Source of the DNA: Podarcis muralis
Lineage: Eukaryota
Assembly (NCBI RefSeq): GCF_964188315.1
Contig: NC_135664.1
Coordinates: 77,624,001 to 77,688,000, forward strand
Length of the DNA: 64,000 nt
Direction of reading: 5' to 3'
In this document: piece after piece, positions 47,008-59,326 of the stretch
Layout: the number at the start of each line of letters is the position of its first letter
How positions within the stretch are numbered: position 1 is the stretch's first letter
Position numbers and translations under genes: made by a program
The notes under the pieces: model-generated
What the model saw: only the letters and a program-made list of their open reading frames with translations
Told to the model about the DNA's origin: nothing
The model's database searches: none

Positions 47008-48439
47008 GAGACCCAGGTCTCATCCCTGACATCTCACCTAGCAGGTGGTGAGAAAGACCCTTCTCTGCCTGAGGTTTGGGAGAGCTGGTGCTAGGCTCAA
47101 AAACAAGCTATTCTGGGCTGGATGAACCTGACCTGGTCCAAAGCCCTGGACAAGCCACCAAACAGGTGCCAAACAATGATGGCACTTGTCACACAAATCC
47201 AAGCAGACTTTAGGCTTGTTCTGAGGCAGCAGGTCGCCCCCCCCCCCCCCGCAGGCTGAGAAATACAGGTTGCAATTTGACAGAGTCACCCGAATCCCTC
47301 GCATCTTTAGTGCCTGGCCACTATGTCTTGTCTTAACACTGCAAGGACTAACAATGAGATTGTGGTCTGAAGATAAGTAAGAATATACCTGTCCTGCCCT
47401 GCCCTGTGCTGAGGTGCAAAGGAGCTCTGCTTCAGTGCATTTCTGTTTGTACCATTTCTGAAGTTGGGACAGGGGTGGGCAGCCACCAAGCAGCTGTGAG
47501 AGAAGCTGAGGCTGAGAGGGTGGCAGGGGCTGAAGGGTCTTTCCTCACCTTTCCTCCAAGCAATGGGTGCTGGTGGTGCTGGCAGTGGGGACACGTACGG
47601 AGAACGGAGGTTTCTGTCAATATGGGCCCTGCTAGCCCTGAGGAACCATCGTCATCAGCAATCCTCAGCAAAGAGCAGAGCAGCCGCCATGAATGGCAAG
47701 CTCAATTCTGGGCCACTTTGTAGAAATGTCTTGGACATTTTTGCCCCATCAGAGTGTCAGTCATGCGAGACATTGGTCTCTCGGATGATGAACCCTCCTG
47801 AAAAGCTTCAAGGCAAAAAAGACACTAAAGAGAAGAACTCTGGTATCACAATGGAGGTAGAATCACCACATTGTTGAAAATGGAAGGTGTCCAAAGAACA
47901 GAAGACCATCAGAATCATGTGCTCAAGAGAAGAGCAACTGCGTCACAATGGAGGTGGAATCACCACAGTGTTGAAAACAGAAGGTGTCCAAGGAGGAATA
48001 GAGGAGCCCTGCTGTTCTAGGCCAAAGCGGCCCCCCCCCCCAGCCCTGACCACTTTGTCCACACAGGCATAATTTGGAACGCTTCTACAAAGCTGCATAA
48101 TTCTTCAAGATGGGAGACCATCTTCCTGCGAGTCCCAGACGATCTGCTCCATGCCCAGGGGTGTCCTTAAGGCTTTGCTAATTTGGCCCCCACCAAGGGT
48201 GCTGGCCTGGGGGAAGCAAAAATCACATTGCTGCTTGCCCCCCCCCCTGGGTTGCTGGTGGGCCGAGGGCAGTGGGAGAGCAGAGGTGATCTTACTGGAA
48301 CTTGAAGACTGGGCAGGTGAGGGGCTTACTTCTGAGTAAATGGGCCCAGGAGTAGGTGTGCAAGAGGAGCTGCAGGAGATAGTGGTGGAGGAGAGGAAAA
48401 CTGAGACAGACAAAGAAAGCTGTTTTGTTGATGAAAGAA

Positions 48440-48830
48440 ATAAATGCTTTATGGTTGGAGAAGATGGGGCACGATCATAAATGGTGGGCTTCAAAGGGAG
48501 AGAAATGAATGCATAGCAAGAAACTTCAGGGTCACTAACAACTGATGTGAGGAAGAATTGGAAAAAGTCCAGAACTGAGGGCTATAATATTAAGATCTGA
48601 TAGAATCCTGGGAAAGAATTGAACTTGACGAGAAATGGACAGTTCTGGACTTCTAAGGAGAATAAAAAATTAAGAACTACTTTTGGACTTTTTGACAGAA
48701 AAAGATGAATCTGTGGTGTCTGAGAAGAATTGTGTTTGGCAGACTGCTTAGCAACTCTTTAATGTAATATAGCTAGGTGTTTTCCTGCAGTGTATGCTTC
48801 AAATAATTTGAATCATTATAATATATATAA
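48440..48830 (+). mobile_element. L1-like 3' fragment
   Basis: AT-rich degenerate ORF2/UTR-like sequence. Confidence 0.4.
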
Positions 48831-49677
48831 TTGGCAGATGGAGAATTAGAAGCCCCTCTTTCTTCTTCTTCTTGGGGGGCCCAAGTGGGAGGTAGAGATA
48901 GAAAGGATCTTGGGGGTTGGGAGAAGAAACAGCAGCTTCCAGGTGAAAGCAGGGAGGGTCTACCTTTCTGGGTATGGATAAAGACAGGATGTAATTGTGA
49001 CAGATGGCTTTTGTATTCCCTTTCTTGCCTTTCTATCTCTTGATTTTTTTCCTCTTATCATTTTAGTTCTTTTCATTTCTTTTCTTCAGATTAGTTTGAC
49101 TTTTATTGTATTGTTCCAAAAGTCCAGTGCCTGCCCCTCTCCCTGCCAAGTGGTGGCAAGAACCCATGGGCGTCTCAGGCACCCACACAGGATCTGTGCC
49201 CCTTTGGAGAATAGAAGATACGGTGGAGACTGTCGTGCTTGAAGAAATATGGTTTATTCACCTATTTACACCTTCAGTCTGCATGGAGGGAGTCCAGAAC
49301 TTACAGCATGGCCCACAGCATGGCAGCAGGCAACCTTTCATCTCCCCTGCCAAGATGGATCTCAGCCCCTCTTCCTCCTCCTCCTCCTTCCAAGGAGTCC
49401 CTGCTTCAAAGATCACTTTTCCTGTCCCCTCAAACACACCATTACCCCTTTGTGACATCAGACTCCCCAGGCCAAAGAATCCTTTTTTGACGGCTCATTC
49501 ACACCTTTTTGGCATGCTAACTGGTTTGCCCACTAAACAGCAACAACAACAAACAGGTTTGCTCTTCCCACAGCCAGCCAGGCTGGTTTGCATACCCAGC
49601 CCAGGAATTCCTTCGCAGCCTGCATTCTCCCTTCATACCACAAATAATCAAAATCCTGCCATTTATTAATATCTTGG

Positions 49678-50150
49678 GTTTGTTGTTGTTGTTGCTGTTG
49701 TTTAGTCATTTATTCGTGTCTGCCTCTTCGTGACCCCCTGGACCAGAGCACGCCAGGCACTCCCGTCTTCCACTGCCTCCGCAGTTTGGTCAAACTCATG
49801 CTGGTAGCTTTGAGAACACTGTCCAACCATCTTGTCCTCTGTCGTCCCCTTCTCCTTGTGCCCTCCATCTTTCCCCACATCAGGGTCTTTTCCAGGGAGT
49901 CTTCTCTTCTCATGAGGTGGCCAAAGTCTTGGAGCCTCAGCTTCAGGATCTGTCCTTCCAGTGAGCACTCAGGGCTGATTTCCTTCAGAATGGAGAGGTT
50001 TGATCTTCTTGCAGTCCATGGGACTCTCCAGAGTCTTCTCCAGCACCATAATTCAAAAGCATCAATTCTTCGGCGATCAGCCTTCTTTATGGTCCAGCTC
50101 TCATTCCATACATCACTACTGGGAAAACCAGGGCTTTAACTATACAGCAC
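49678..50150 (-). mobile_element. Bov-B (RTE) LINE 3' end
   Basis: MRREDSLEKTLM.GKMEG.RRRGRQR; (CAA)n tail. Confidence 0.92.
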
Positions 50151-50802
50151 TTTTTTGGCAAGGTGATGTCTCTATGTATGTCTCTATGTCTCTGATGTAT
50201 CTTGGGTTTACCCACGTTTATAATGGTATTCTCTGTCAAAAAAACCCTCTCTCTCTTTCTCTAACAAATGAGTACAGCTGCAAAGCAGCAGAGCTTTAGG
50301 TTGAGAGTTCTCCTTTATGGGCTCCCTTTCCAGGCTGACAAGCTCGACAGCAAAGGCAGAAGCCGCCTTCTTGATTGTGGGACTCGCTATTGGCAGAGAT
50401 GGAGAATGTGGGGGCTGGGGGGCTGCGGTCCCGGGTCCATTTTTTGAGGGACCCCACAACAGGCAGCTCGCTCTTGCCCGGCCCGGCGCGACCCAGGGCG
50501 CAGCGGGCTCCCCCCCCCCGTGCCCCTCTCCCCAGGGGCAGCAGGGGCTCCGCCGCTGCCTGTCGGTCTCGCCTGCTCCAGCCCCAGAGCCCGTCCGGGC
50601 ATGCAGGGAAGAGATAGACAGACAAGTCCCCGAGGATTGCAAGCCCTGCTTTAGCCCAGCCGTCCAAGTGGCTCCCCGGATTGGGGTGGCCGGCGGGAGT
50701 GCAGGGCGCGCCTCCCCAGAGACTCCGTCCAGCCCTTCTTCCCCGGCAGTTTCCCGCTTCTGGCAGAGCCTTTTCCTCTGGCCAAGGGAGGGAAGAGCTC
50801 GG

Positions 50803-51200
50803 AACCCAGTTATTGGTTCTTGTTCTTGTTCTTTTATTTAACAGTGCTTTATTGAAATTAACACAAAAAGCATACAGAAGAATTGTCCAAAAAGGCAAAA
50901 AAGAGAGAGAAGATAAAACTTATTACATTACATCACGATATGTTCTTCTTTAATTTCTATTGACTTCCCGTCACCCCACCATGAATCCACCACTTGTTCT
51001 ATCTAGCGCACTGTATCTTTCTGTTTTATTTGGTTAAAGTTAAATTTCATCAAAATTATGAAATCTTCTAATTATCCATCATTCAAAGGCTGCCGCAGAC
51101 ATCACATTATGACAATAATCCTTTAAATATTTTTTTATATTTTTAATATTTTTTTATATTATCTTTACATATCCCATTTCCTGATGAACGTTGGATCGGA
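50803..51200 (-). mobile_element. L1-like 3' end
   Basis: Minus-strand aataaa, A-rich tail and gggaagtca motif. Confidence 0.55.
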
Positions 51201-51399
51201 GTGACCCCTCATTTTTTGTGTGGTTCTTGTTAAGTCGGCTGTGTTATTTTGCGTTTCTTTCATTTTTCAATTCACCTTTATTGGTTTTTAAAAATAGAAA
51301 TAACTTTCTTAACATAAAATCAAAGTTTCCCTTTCTTGTTGCTGTGCCTGCGTTTCTAGATCATCAGAAAGGAAAACCAAGATCGCTTCTTGATCCTTC

Positions 51400-51750
51400 G
51401 ACTCGTTCACCTTCGACTTCCCTCGGCCGCCCGGCTTGGCAAGGGTTACAGTGAACGGGGCGGGATTCCTAGAGAGGACGGGAAAGGCAGGCGGAGCCGG
51501 AAGCCCCGCCCTCCGCGTCTCTTCCGGCCTGGCCGGCGACCGTCCGGTGAGTCTCTCTCTTTGCTCCCGGGAAGGAGGCGGCGGGGGGGGGGGCCGGGGG
51601 GGGGGAGCCTGGCCGCAGGGAGGCGCCTGCCGAGGAAAAGGAGCCGGACGAGGAAGAGCTTCCCTCGGCAGGGCTGCCCTCAGGTGTCTTCTGGAAGTCA
51701 GAGAGGGGTTTCTTTCCTTGGCCTCTGGCGGGAGGGCGGGTGGGCAACAA
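51400..51750 (+). promoter_or_regulatory. CpG-island promoter and probable non-coding exon 1 (ending 51546) of the zinc-finger gene
   Basis: CCGGAAG and TTCCGG ETS motifs, GCCCCGCCC box, CCG|GTGAGT donor. Confidence 0.65.
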
Positions 51751-53073
51751 AAGCTGCCCTTCTTCCTTGATGGGGACCCGAGAGCCCATCGAGAGTCCTT
51801 AAGTGGGTTCCCTATTGGCAGGAGAGAAGAACAGAGGCCAAGCAGAGAGAGAATATGGAGGCGCAAAGCCGGATCTTGATTGATCTGTTGCAACCGGGTC
51901 CTCGCTGCCACACAAAGGAAAGGAGAAGGAACCCAGGACAATGGCGCCCAAGCCCTTATCTAGACTTTTGAAATTGCCACCCTGTAGATCAAGACCACCC
52001 CCAGAAACATCATACCTACATCACAGGAAAAAAACAGAAATTTGAATGTTCTTTTTCCTGCTTGCCAGGTTATCTGATTGCCTTTCCTGATTTGTCTTTC
52101 CTGATAGTCTGTCACCCATTAAAATGCTGATTACTCAACTCCTGAGACAATGGGAAGCCTCCCTGATCCCCCCCCCCTCCTTGCAGGGAAAACATTTGGT
52201 CAGTTTGGGAATCAAAATGCTTCCAGGTTGGTCTTCCTGCGCTGATCTATGTAGGTGCTTGGTTGGTACACTTAGGAACATTACCATATATCTAAGACCT
52301 CAAAATTCCTATCACAGGCGTTCCCACTGAGAAGTCCAGCCACTGCCTTAGCAGCCCTGTTTCCTCCGGAGCCTTTTCTTCTGACAAGATCCTGCAGGGC
52401 AGTGGAGGTGTAGAAGGAGAGTTCTCCTCCTGGACGGGCTCCCTTTCCTCCACAGCACTTGCAGAAACCACCTTCTGGGCCGTCGGACCCCCTGTTGGTC
52501 TTGTCTGCTGAATCTGCTGGAGCCTCTCTTCGTCCACTCATTGGGAAGTCCCAAACTCACGGAGGGTTCAAGACCCACTGGTTTCCCTCACCTGCCTTAG
52601 CTGGCCAGGTGAAGCCATTCCCGGGATTGCGGCCCCTCTCGCATGCTGGCAGCTCCTAGAAGGCATGGGCGAGAGTTGGGTGCAGGGTAGGGACCAAAGG
52701 TGGACCAGGTACCCCAGAAGGAGCATGACGGGTCCCCTGCCAGAGGTTCTGCCCCTCCCCTAATACCCCACACACCCTAGAACAAGGATCATAGGAATAA
52801 CCGAGGATACAAAGAAGTCTTTGAGCCTCCTGAGTCTTCATGTTATTTGTATATAACAAAAATAGCACAATAAATGTGCAAGAATATCTTCAGCATGTGG
52901 TTTATTACTAGTGGTCAATATATGAGTTCTTGGTTCGTGAATTGGTTTAAACAGAAACAAAACGGCATGTTGTGGAGGCTTTAGGTGAGATTCCTGCATT
53001 GCACGGGGTTGGACTAAATGACCACCGGGGTCCCTTGCAACTCTGATTCTATCAGAGTTAACAGATAATGTTC

Positions 53074-54689
53074 TAGGGCTGGGTGATGTCTAGTTTTCAA
53101 CATTGTAATATATCATACCGATATATCACAGTGTCTGAAATAAGCCTGAAACTGTGGAGAAGCAAATGAAAACTAGCAACTGCTACTACTTAGGGGTCTA
53201 AAACGGATACATTTTTAATTACCTTTAGCATATTGTTGCAGCAGTTATTTAATAGGACATATAATTTTAAAATTAGCACATTTTATGTAAAGCTGTAGAA
53301 GTAATAAGTAGCATAGATATCAAAGGTAAGGTAAGAGAATGTTCCCCCCCAAATTAATGACATTACTAAACAAGAAAAAAACAAATTCTCTGTCACACTT
53401 TTAGATGTTAAAATATTATTCACTATTGAGTCTTAATTGAATTTGTATATACATCCCACAACACCAGTTATTTGATTGTTTGCTAATTTTCTTTTATAAA
53501 CCAGTTCAAACTAGAAAGAATGGACAAAATTTCACCAAACCAAAAATGTATTAAATAAAATGCATATATTTTGCCAGGAAAATGTGCATTTTGGTGTTCT
53601 CTGGCAACTGAGAGACACACAGAAGGGGAGAGGGGAGGAAAGAGGCTTGAACAACAGGACAAAGTTTATTTTATTTTATTAACATAAGTAATAGCCTGAG
53701 AGGAGGGATGTGGGTGGCGCTGTGGGTCAAACCACAGAGCCTAGGAGTTGCCTATCAGAAGGTTGGCGGTTCGAATCCCCGCGACGGGGTGAGTTCCTTT
53801 TGCTTGGTCCCTGCTCCTGCCAACCTAGCAGTTTGAAAGCATGTCAAAGTGCAAGTAGATAAATAGGTACCACTCCAGCAGGAAGGTAAACGGCGTTTCC
53901 GTGCGCTGCTCTGGTTCGCCAGAAGCGGCTTAGTCCTGCTGGCCACATGACCCGGAAGCTGTACGCCGGCTCCCTCGGCCAGTGAAGCGAGATGAGCGCC
54001 GCAACCCCAGAGTTGGTCACAACTGGACCTAATGGTCAGGGGTACCTTTACCTTTAATAGCCTGAGAAGTAATAACCCCACTTTCTTTTTCCATTGGACT
54101 GGCTGCTGCTTCCAAGAGAGCTCCGACTGAGGGCAGCAGCCGTTCAAAGGACAGGGCTGGGCAGCAACCAGGAAAGGGCTTGGGGGGGCAAGGAGGAAAG
54201 GGCTTCTTTCTCTGGCGAGGCCTCGGGCGAAAGTCGGGGATCAGGAGACGCCTGCAGGCAGAGAGCCTAGAGAAGGAGCAAGGAAGGGAGCAAGGGGCTC
54301 CCAGCAAGAAGCCCAGAGCCGCCTCGGACCGGCATCTCCCTCCGCCACTTACCAGCCTGGCACATGCATTGAAAACAAGAAGCTCGTGGTGTCTCTGTTC
54401 CTGAGGAAAGTTCCTGGACGGCTGCTTTCTTCAGCACCTGCTCTTCTGGTTTGCTCCCCCTTGCAGGAGGCAGGGAAGCGCTGAGGTGGCAGAGCAACAG
54501 GGGCGGCAGGAATCACGAAAAGCAATGACCAACTTCACAGTTTTCCCCACTGGTTACTTTTTACATAGGGCCAGCTCGCATTGTGATTCATGATATATTG
54601 CCACGTTGAATGGTATGAAACTATGATGTTACCATGATGTGGACTTCAGGCTGGTTTTGGATGATGTGCCGATATATCACCCAGCCCTA
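53074..54689. mobile_element. Longer member of the tagggctggg TIR family containing a Sauria SINE
   Basis: Perfect 14-bp inverted termini tagggctgggtgat/atcacccagcccta; both ends align to the 35340 MITE; no TSD seen. Confidence 0.55.
53702..54055 (+). mobile_element. Sauria SINE
   Basis: TSD aatagcctgaga (53690-53701, 54056-54067). Confidence 0.92.
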
Positions 54690-55269
54690 GTCTGGAGCCC
54701 TTGTGGTTGTGCTTAGATTAAGTAAGAGTAATGGTGGAACGGATTCCCTCAAGAGGTGCTGGGCCCCTTCCTGGGAAGCTTTGAAGCAGAGGCTGGAGTG
54801 CCATGGATGCTTTAATTGAGATTCCTGCATTGCAGAGGGTTGGACAATAATCCTCAGGGTCTCTTCCGTGATTGTATGTCACTAGTATTATTTATCAGTT
54901 GTAGTTTTATTTCAGTATTGATTGTTGAATGCTAAATTGGCTTCTAAGCAGTTGACAAACAATAGTAAACATTGGCCAGGGCGCACCTGATCAGCTCCAT
55001 CAATTGCAGAGTGAGGGTTCCCCCCTAAAACAGCGCACAGGGAGAAAAGAACGCAACGTGGAGCTCTAGCCAGTTACACAAAGATTTCCATCATTAAAAT
55101 ACACAATAAAATTATTCCATTAAAATGCTAAATAAGCATTTTAAATAATTAAAATGTGCAGCAAAACAATCCCATTAAAACAACGCAGCAAAGAACAGGC
55201 AGAAAACAACAGAGCAAAGTATAGTAGATAATTTTTATGCTATCTAAGACTAAGACCTTTTTCTTTTAG

Positions 55270-55396
55270 GGTGCAGTGTGTTTGGAAGATGTAGCTACAT
55301 GTTTCACAGATGAGGAGTGAGCGTTGCTGGATCCTGACCAGAGAGCTCTGCCTAAGGAAGTCATGGAGGAGAATCAGGGCATCATGGACTCTCTTG
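55270..55396 (+). pseudogene. Disabled KRAB-A exon (127 nt) with in-frame TGA at 55318-55320
   Basis: GAVCLEDVATCFTDEE*ALLDPDQRALPKEVMEENQGIMDSL; canonical KRAB-A exon size and intact splice sites; the conserved Trp codon is a stop. Confidence 0.88.
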
Positions 55397-55827
55397 GTAA
55401 GGCTCCGTTGGATCATAATATCTGTTTTTAAATTCAAGACATATATCTATGTGATGAACTTCCCACCTACAGAATCTGGGATTCTAACACCCCACCAGCT
55501 TACCTTGAATGGAAGGCTACCTACCGCTTTTCTGTGAATATTCTTCCTCTGGTTATGCCTTTTTAATCATGATCAGGCTGAACTTCCTAGGCCTTTTAAA
55601 ATATAGACGGCAGAGTTGATGGGGAAGTGGAAGTAGCTTTTGTCAGGTTTTTTCTTTTTGCTTCCATCAGTTTTTGGTTGACCAAAGAGACAATTGACAT
55701 TGGAGATGGAGTGGATTTCATGAGCCAAACAAAATCCATCCCAGGAACGAGCCAGACTTTTCAAATCTCAGGTTCCTATAAATAGGTCAGTGAATGCCAG
55801 TCAAAAAAGGCGGTGAACCCTGGAGTA

Positions 55828-56275
55828 CAGAGCTTTCCAAACTTTTCATGTTGGTGACACATTTTTTAGACATGCATCATTTTGCAACACAGTACATTGG
55901 TACATCAGGTTAAGTACTTAATTCGTTCCGGAGGTCCGTTCTTAACCTGAAACTGTACTTAACCTGAAGCACCAATTTAGCTAATGGGGCCTCCTGCTGC
56001 TGCCGCGCTGCCAGAGCACGATTTCTGTTATCCTGAAGCAAAGTACTTACCTGAAGCATTATTTCTGGGTTAGCAGAGTCTGTAACCTGAAGTGTATGTA
56101 ACCTGAGGTACCACTGTAATTCAGTTTTGCATCATTTCATGACACAGTAATTCAGTTTTACAAGCAACTAACCCTTTTCCAGCCCCAGGAGGAGTGTGGG
56201 GTGAGTTTGTGCGAAAGAGCTACACACTGTAGTTGACACGCTAATGTGTCGCAAAACACAGTTTGGAAAGCTCTG
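55828..56275. mobile_element. hAT-like MITE with a nested Tc1/mariner MITE (55895-56116)
   Basis: Outer 15-bp TIR cagagctttccaaac/gtttggaaagctctg; inner ca.tggtac.tcaggtta/taacctgaggtaccactg flanked by TA. Confidence 0.85.
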
Positions 56276-56398
56276 TAGTAAGACCTCACGACTAATGCCC
56301 TCAGTTCTTCCTCTATCACATGTGTTCATTAGCATTGTTCAATAATTTGGGGCTCCATTTCTTCCTGAGGCTCTAATCGGTTTCTCTCCTCGTTGCAG

Positions 56399-58044
56399 AA
56401 GGTGATGAATTGGAAATAAAGAAGGGAGGCCACCACAAAATCTGCACAGTGGAGAGGCCGTGTGGAGCGAACTTCAGCCAGAGCTCCCATATCACTTCCC
56501 ATCGAATAAATCCTACTGGGGAGAAGCCCTATCAGTGCTTGGAATGTGGAAAGAGCTTAAGTAGTAAAGCAAGGCTCTTTTCCCATCAAAGAATTCATAC
56601 AGGGGAGAAGCCCTATCAGTGCCTGGAGTGTGGAAAGAGCTTTCGTGTGAGGACCCATCTCATGACCCATCAAAGAATTCATACAGGGGAGGAACCATAC
56701 CAGTGCTTGGAATGTGGAAAGAGCTTTAAAATTAGCGGAAACCTCCGCGAACACCAGAAAGTTCACACTGGGGAAAAACCATATCAGTGCTTGGAATGTG
56801 GAAAGAGCTTTCGTGTGAGGACCCATCTCATGACCCATCAAAGAATTCATACAGGGGAGAAGCCCTATCAGTGCTTAGAATGTGGAAAGAGCTTAAGTAG
56901 TAAAGAAAGGCTCTTTTCCCATCAAAGAATTCATACAGGGGAGAAGCCCTATCAGTGCTTGGAGTGTGGAAAGAGCTTTCGTGAGATTACCAATCTCATG
57001 ACCCATCAAAGAATTCATACAGGGGAGGAACCATACCAGTGCTTGGAATGTGGAAAGAGCTTTAAAATTAGCGGAAACCTCCGTGAACACCAGAAAGTTC
57101 ACACTGGGGAAAAACCATATCAGTGCTTGGAATGTGGAAAGAGCTTCAGTAACAGCAGCTACTTCACTTCCCACCTAAGAATTCATACTGGGGAGAAACC
57201 ACATCAGTGCTCAGAATGTGGAAAGAGCTTCCGACAGCGGTCCAATCTTACAGCCCACCAGATAATTCACACAGGGGGGAAACCATATCGTTGCTTGGAA
57301 TGTGGGAGGGGCTTCCGTGTGAGGTCCTCTCTCAAGGCCCATCAAGTAATTCATACAGGGGAGAAACCATATCAGTGCTCAGAATGTGGGAAGAGCTTTA
57401 GCAATAGCGCAAACTTATATCGGCATCAGAAAATTCACCGTGGGGAGAAACCACATCAGTGCTTGGAATGTGGGAAGGGCTTCTGTGAGAGGTCCTCTCT
57501 CAAGGCCCATCAAGTAATTCATACAGGGGAGAAACCATATCAGTGCTTGGAGTGTGGAAAGAGCTTCAGTGTGAAGGCCAATCTCTCAGCCCATCAAAGA
57601 ATTCATACTGGAGATAAACCATATCAGTGCTTTGAATGCGGAAAGAGCTTTAATACAAGCACAAACCTCCATAGTCATCAAAGTATTCACCGTGGGGAGA
57701 AACCATTTCAGTGCCTAGAGTGTGGAAAGAGCTTTCTGCGGAAGCACGGTTTCACTTCTCATCAAACAGTTCATACAGGGGAGAGACCATTTCAGTGTTT
57801 GGAATGTGGGAAGAGCTTTAAGACGAACGCAAACCTCCATAGTCATCAAAGTCTTCACCGTGGGGAGAAACCATTTCAGTGCCAAGAGTGTGGAAAGAGC
57901 TTTCTGTGGAAGCAGAATTTCACTTCTCATCAAAGAATTCATACAGGGGAGAAACCATTTCAGTGTTTGGAATGTGGAAAGAGTTTCATTCGGAAGGACA
58001 ATCTCTTGACCCATCAAAGAATTCATAAAGGGGGAAAACTATAG
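56399..58044 (+). CDS. C2H2 zinc-finger array exon: 18 intact fingers plus one degenerate finger (KRAB-ZNF family)
   Basis: Open frame with 18 x 28-aa CxxC...HxxxH repeats and TGEKP linkers; acceptor ttgcag at 56398, with a NAGNAG alternative 3 nt downstream; phase matches the KRAB exon. Confidence 0.93.
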
Positions 58045-58051
58045 GTTAAGG

Positions 58052-59080
58052 GTTGTTGTTTTGCATCTTTATTGGTTTTTCTGTTGATTTACAACCACCC
58101 TTTTCATACACGTCAACATTCACTATAAATAATTGAAATCTCTCAACATTCTACCATTGTACATGTATGCATAAACAAAAAATAAAATAAATATGTTACT
58201 TATCTACTGAACGTTGTTACTTTGTTTGCATTGGACTTCCACATCTTACTAGGGTCCATAGAATTCTTTGTTGTATGCCTTTCCAGTTGTATCTAATCTT
58301 CTATTTACCGTTTCTACTGGTTATCTTTACAAGAGTCAATCTAGCCCAGCCAAAAAATTCAAATCGCCGCAGTAATCTTTCAGATATTTTTTAAAAATTA
58401 CTCTAATTGCTGTTAACTTTTTGGTACTCTTGGTCTCTTAACTGCCCTGTCAGCTTATCCATCTCCACATATTCCATCAGTTTTGCTTGCCAGTCCCTCT
58501 TCGTTGGTATTATTATTATTATTATTATTATTATTTGGTCTTCTTTCCAGTTTTGTGCTGTCAATACTCTTGCTGCCGTGATGGCGTACATAAATAACTT
58601 CTTCAGCTCTTTGGGGATCTCATCCCCAATGATTCCTAGAAGGAAAGCTTCTGGCTTTTTTGGAAATGATAATTTAAACATCTTTTTTTAACTCATTGTA
58701 TGTATCTCAGAATTCTCCTATTTTTTTACATCACCATACATGATCCATTGCTCCTACTGCTTCGTTACATTTCCAACATAACTACTTCATAATGTGATTA
58801 TGGAACATTCAGAAAGTATAGAACACCTAAGGTCAATAGATTCATCTACTTAAAAGGCTAATATAGAATTCTTCATACTATCAGAAAGACGCTTCCTGAA
58901 GATTAGCTGACATATCAGCTTCTGTGAATTGTGTTATCAGACAAGCATTTCCATCATTACCCAACAATTTTTTCACAAACCGCAGGCAGGCTTAATAATC
59001 CCCCCCCACCTATTGTACGTGGTCTTGTTTGTTAAGCAATGAGTTCAGTCACTTTGTAAGATAGAATCTGCATCTTATCT
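58052..59080 (-). mobile_element. L1 ORF2 3' end, antisense, immediately after the ZNF stop
   Basis: KKPEAFLLGII..LFMYAITAARVLTAQNWK..WQAKLMEYVEMDKLT motif. Confidence 0.8.
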
Positions 59081-59326
59081 GAGACTTTTATTTGTTTATT
59101 GAAATATGATTGTTGGTATTCCTGCTTTTCCAAAAGCCTTTCAAAATTTTGAACATATTTGTTTGCCAGATTTTCATGTTTTGACAGCAGATGTCTTTAT
59201 ATTGCTCGGGGTTGTCATGAAGGTGCAGTATGAATGTTAGGCCCAAAAGAAAATGGAGAATTCGCAAAGCATGATATGCTGGCAAGTGAAGCGAGAAATT
59301 AGTTTGATCAAAGAGGAATGTATGAC

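Noticed and set aside
52292-52537. Minus-strand ORF containing RQWL, considered as a SCAN-domain remnant
   Set aside because: Wrong strand for the ZNF gene and no other SCAN motifs; left unassigned.
55318-55320. TGA in KRAB as selenocysteine or readthrough
   Set aside because: It replaces a conserved Trp, no SECIS was recognised, and there are other degenerative changes in the box.
56557-58026. Repeating antisense ORFs (MNSLMG...KALSTFQAL)
   Set aside because: Standard reverse-frame shadow of a C2H2 array.
56530-58041. Regular 84-bp repeats as a CRISPR-like or satellite array
   Set aside because: They are coding zinc-finger units; there is no repeat-spacer structure or cas gene anywhere in this eukaryotic window.
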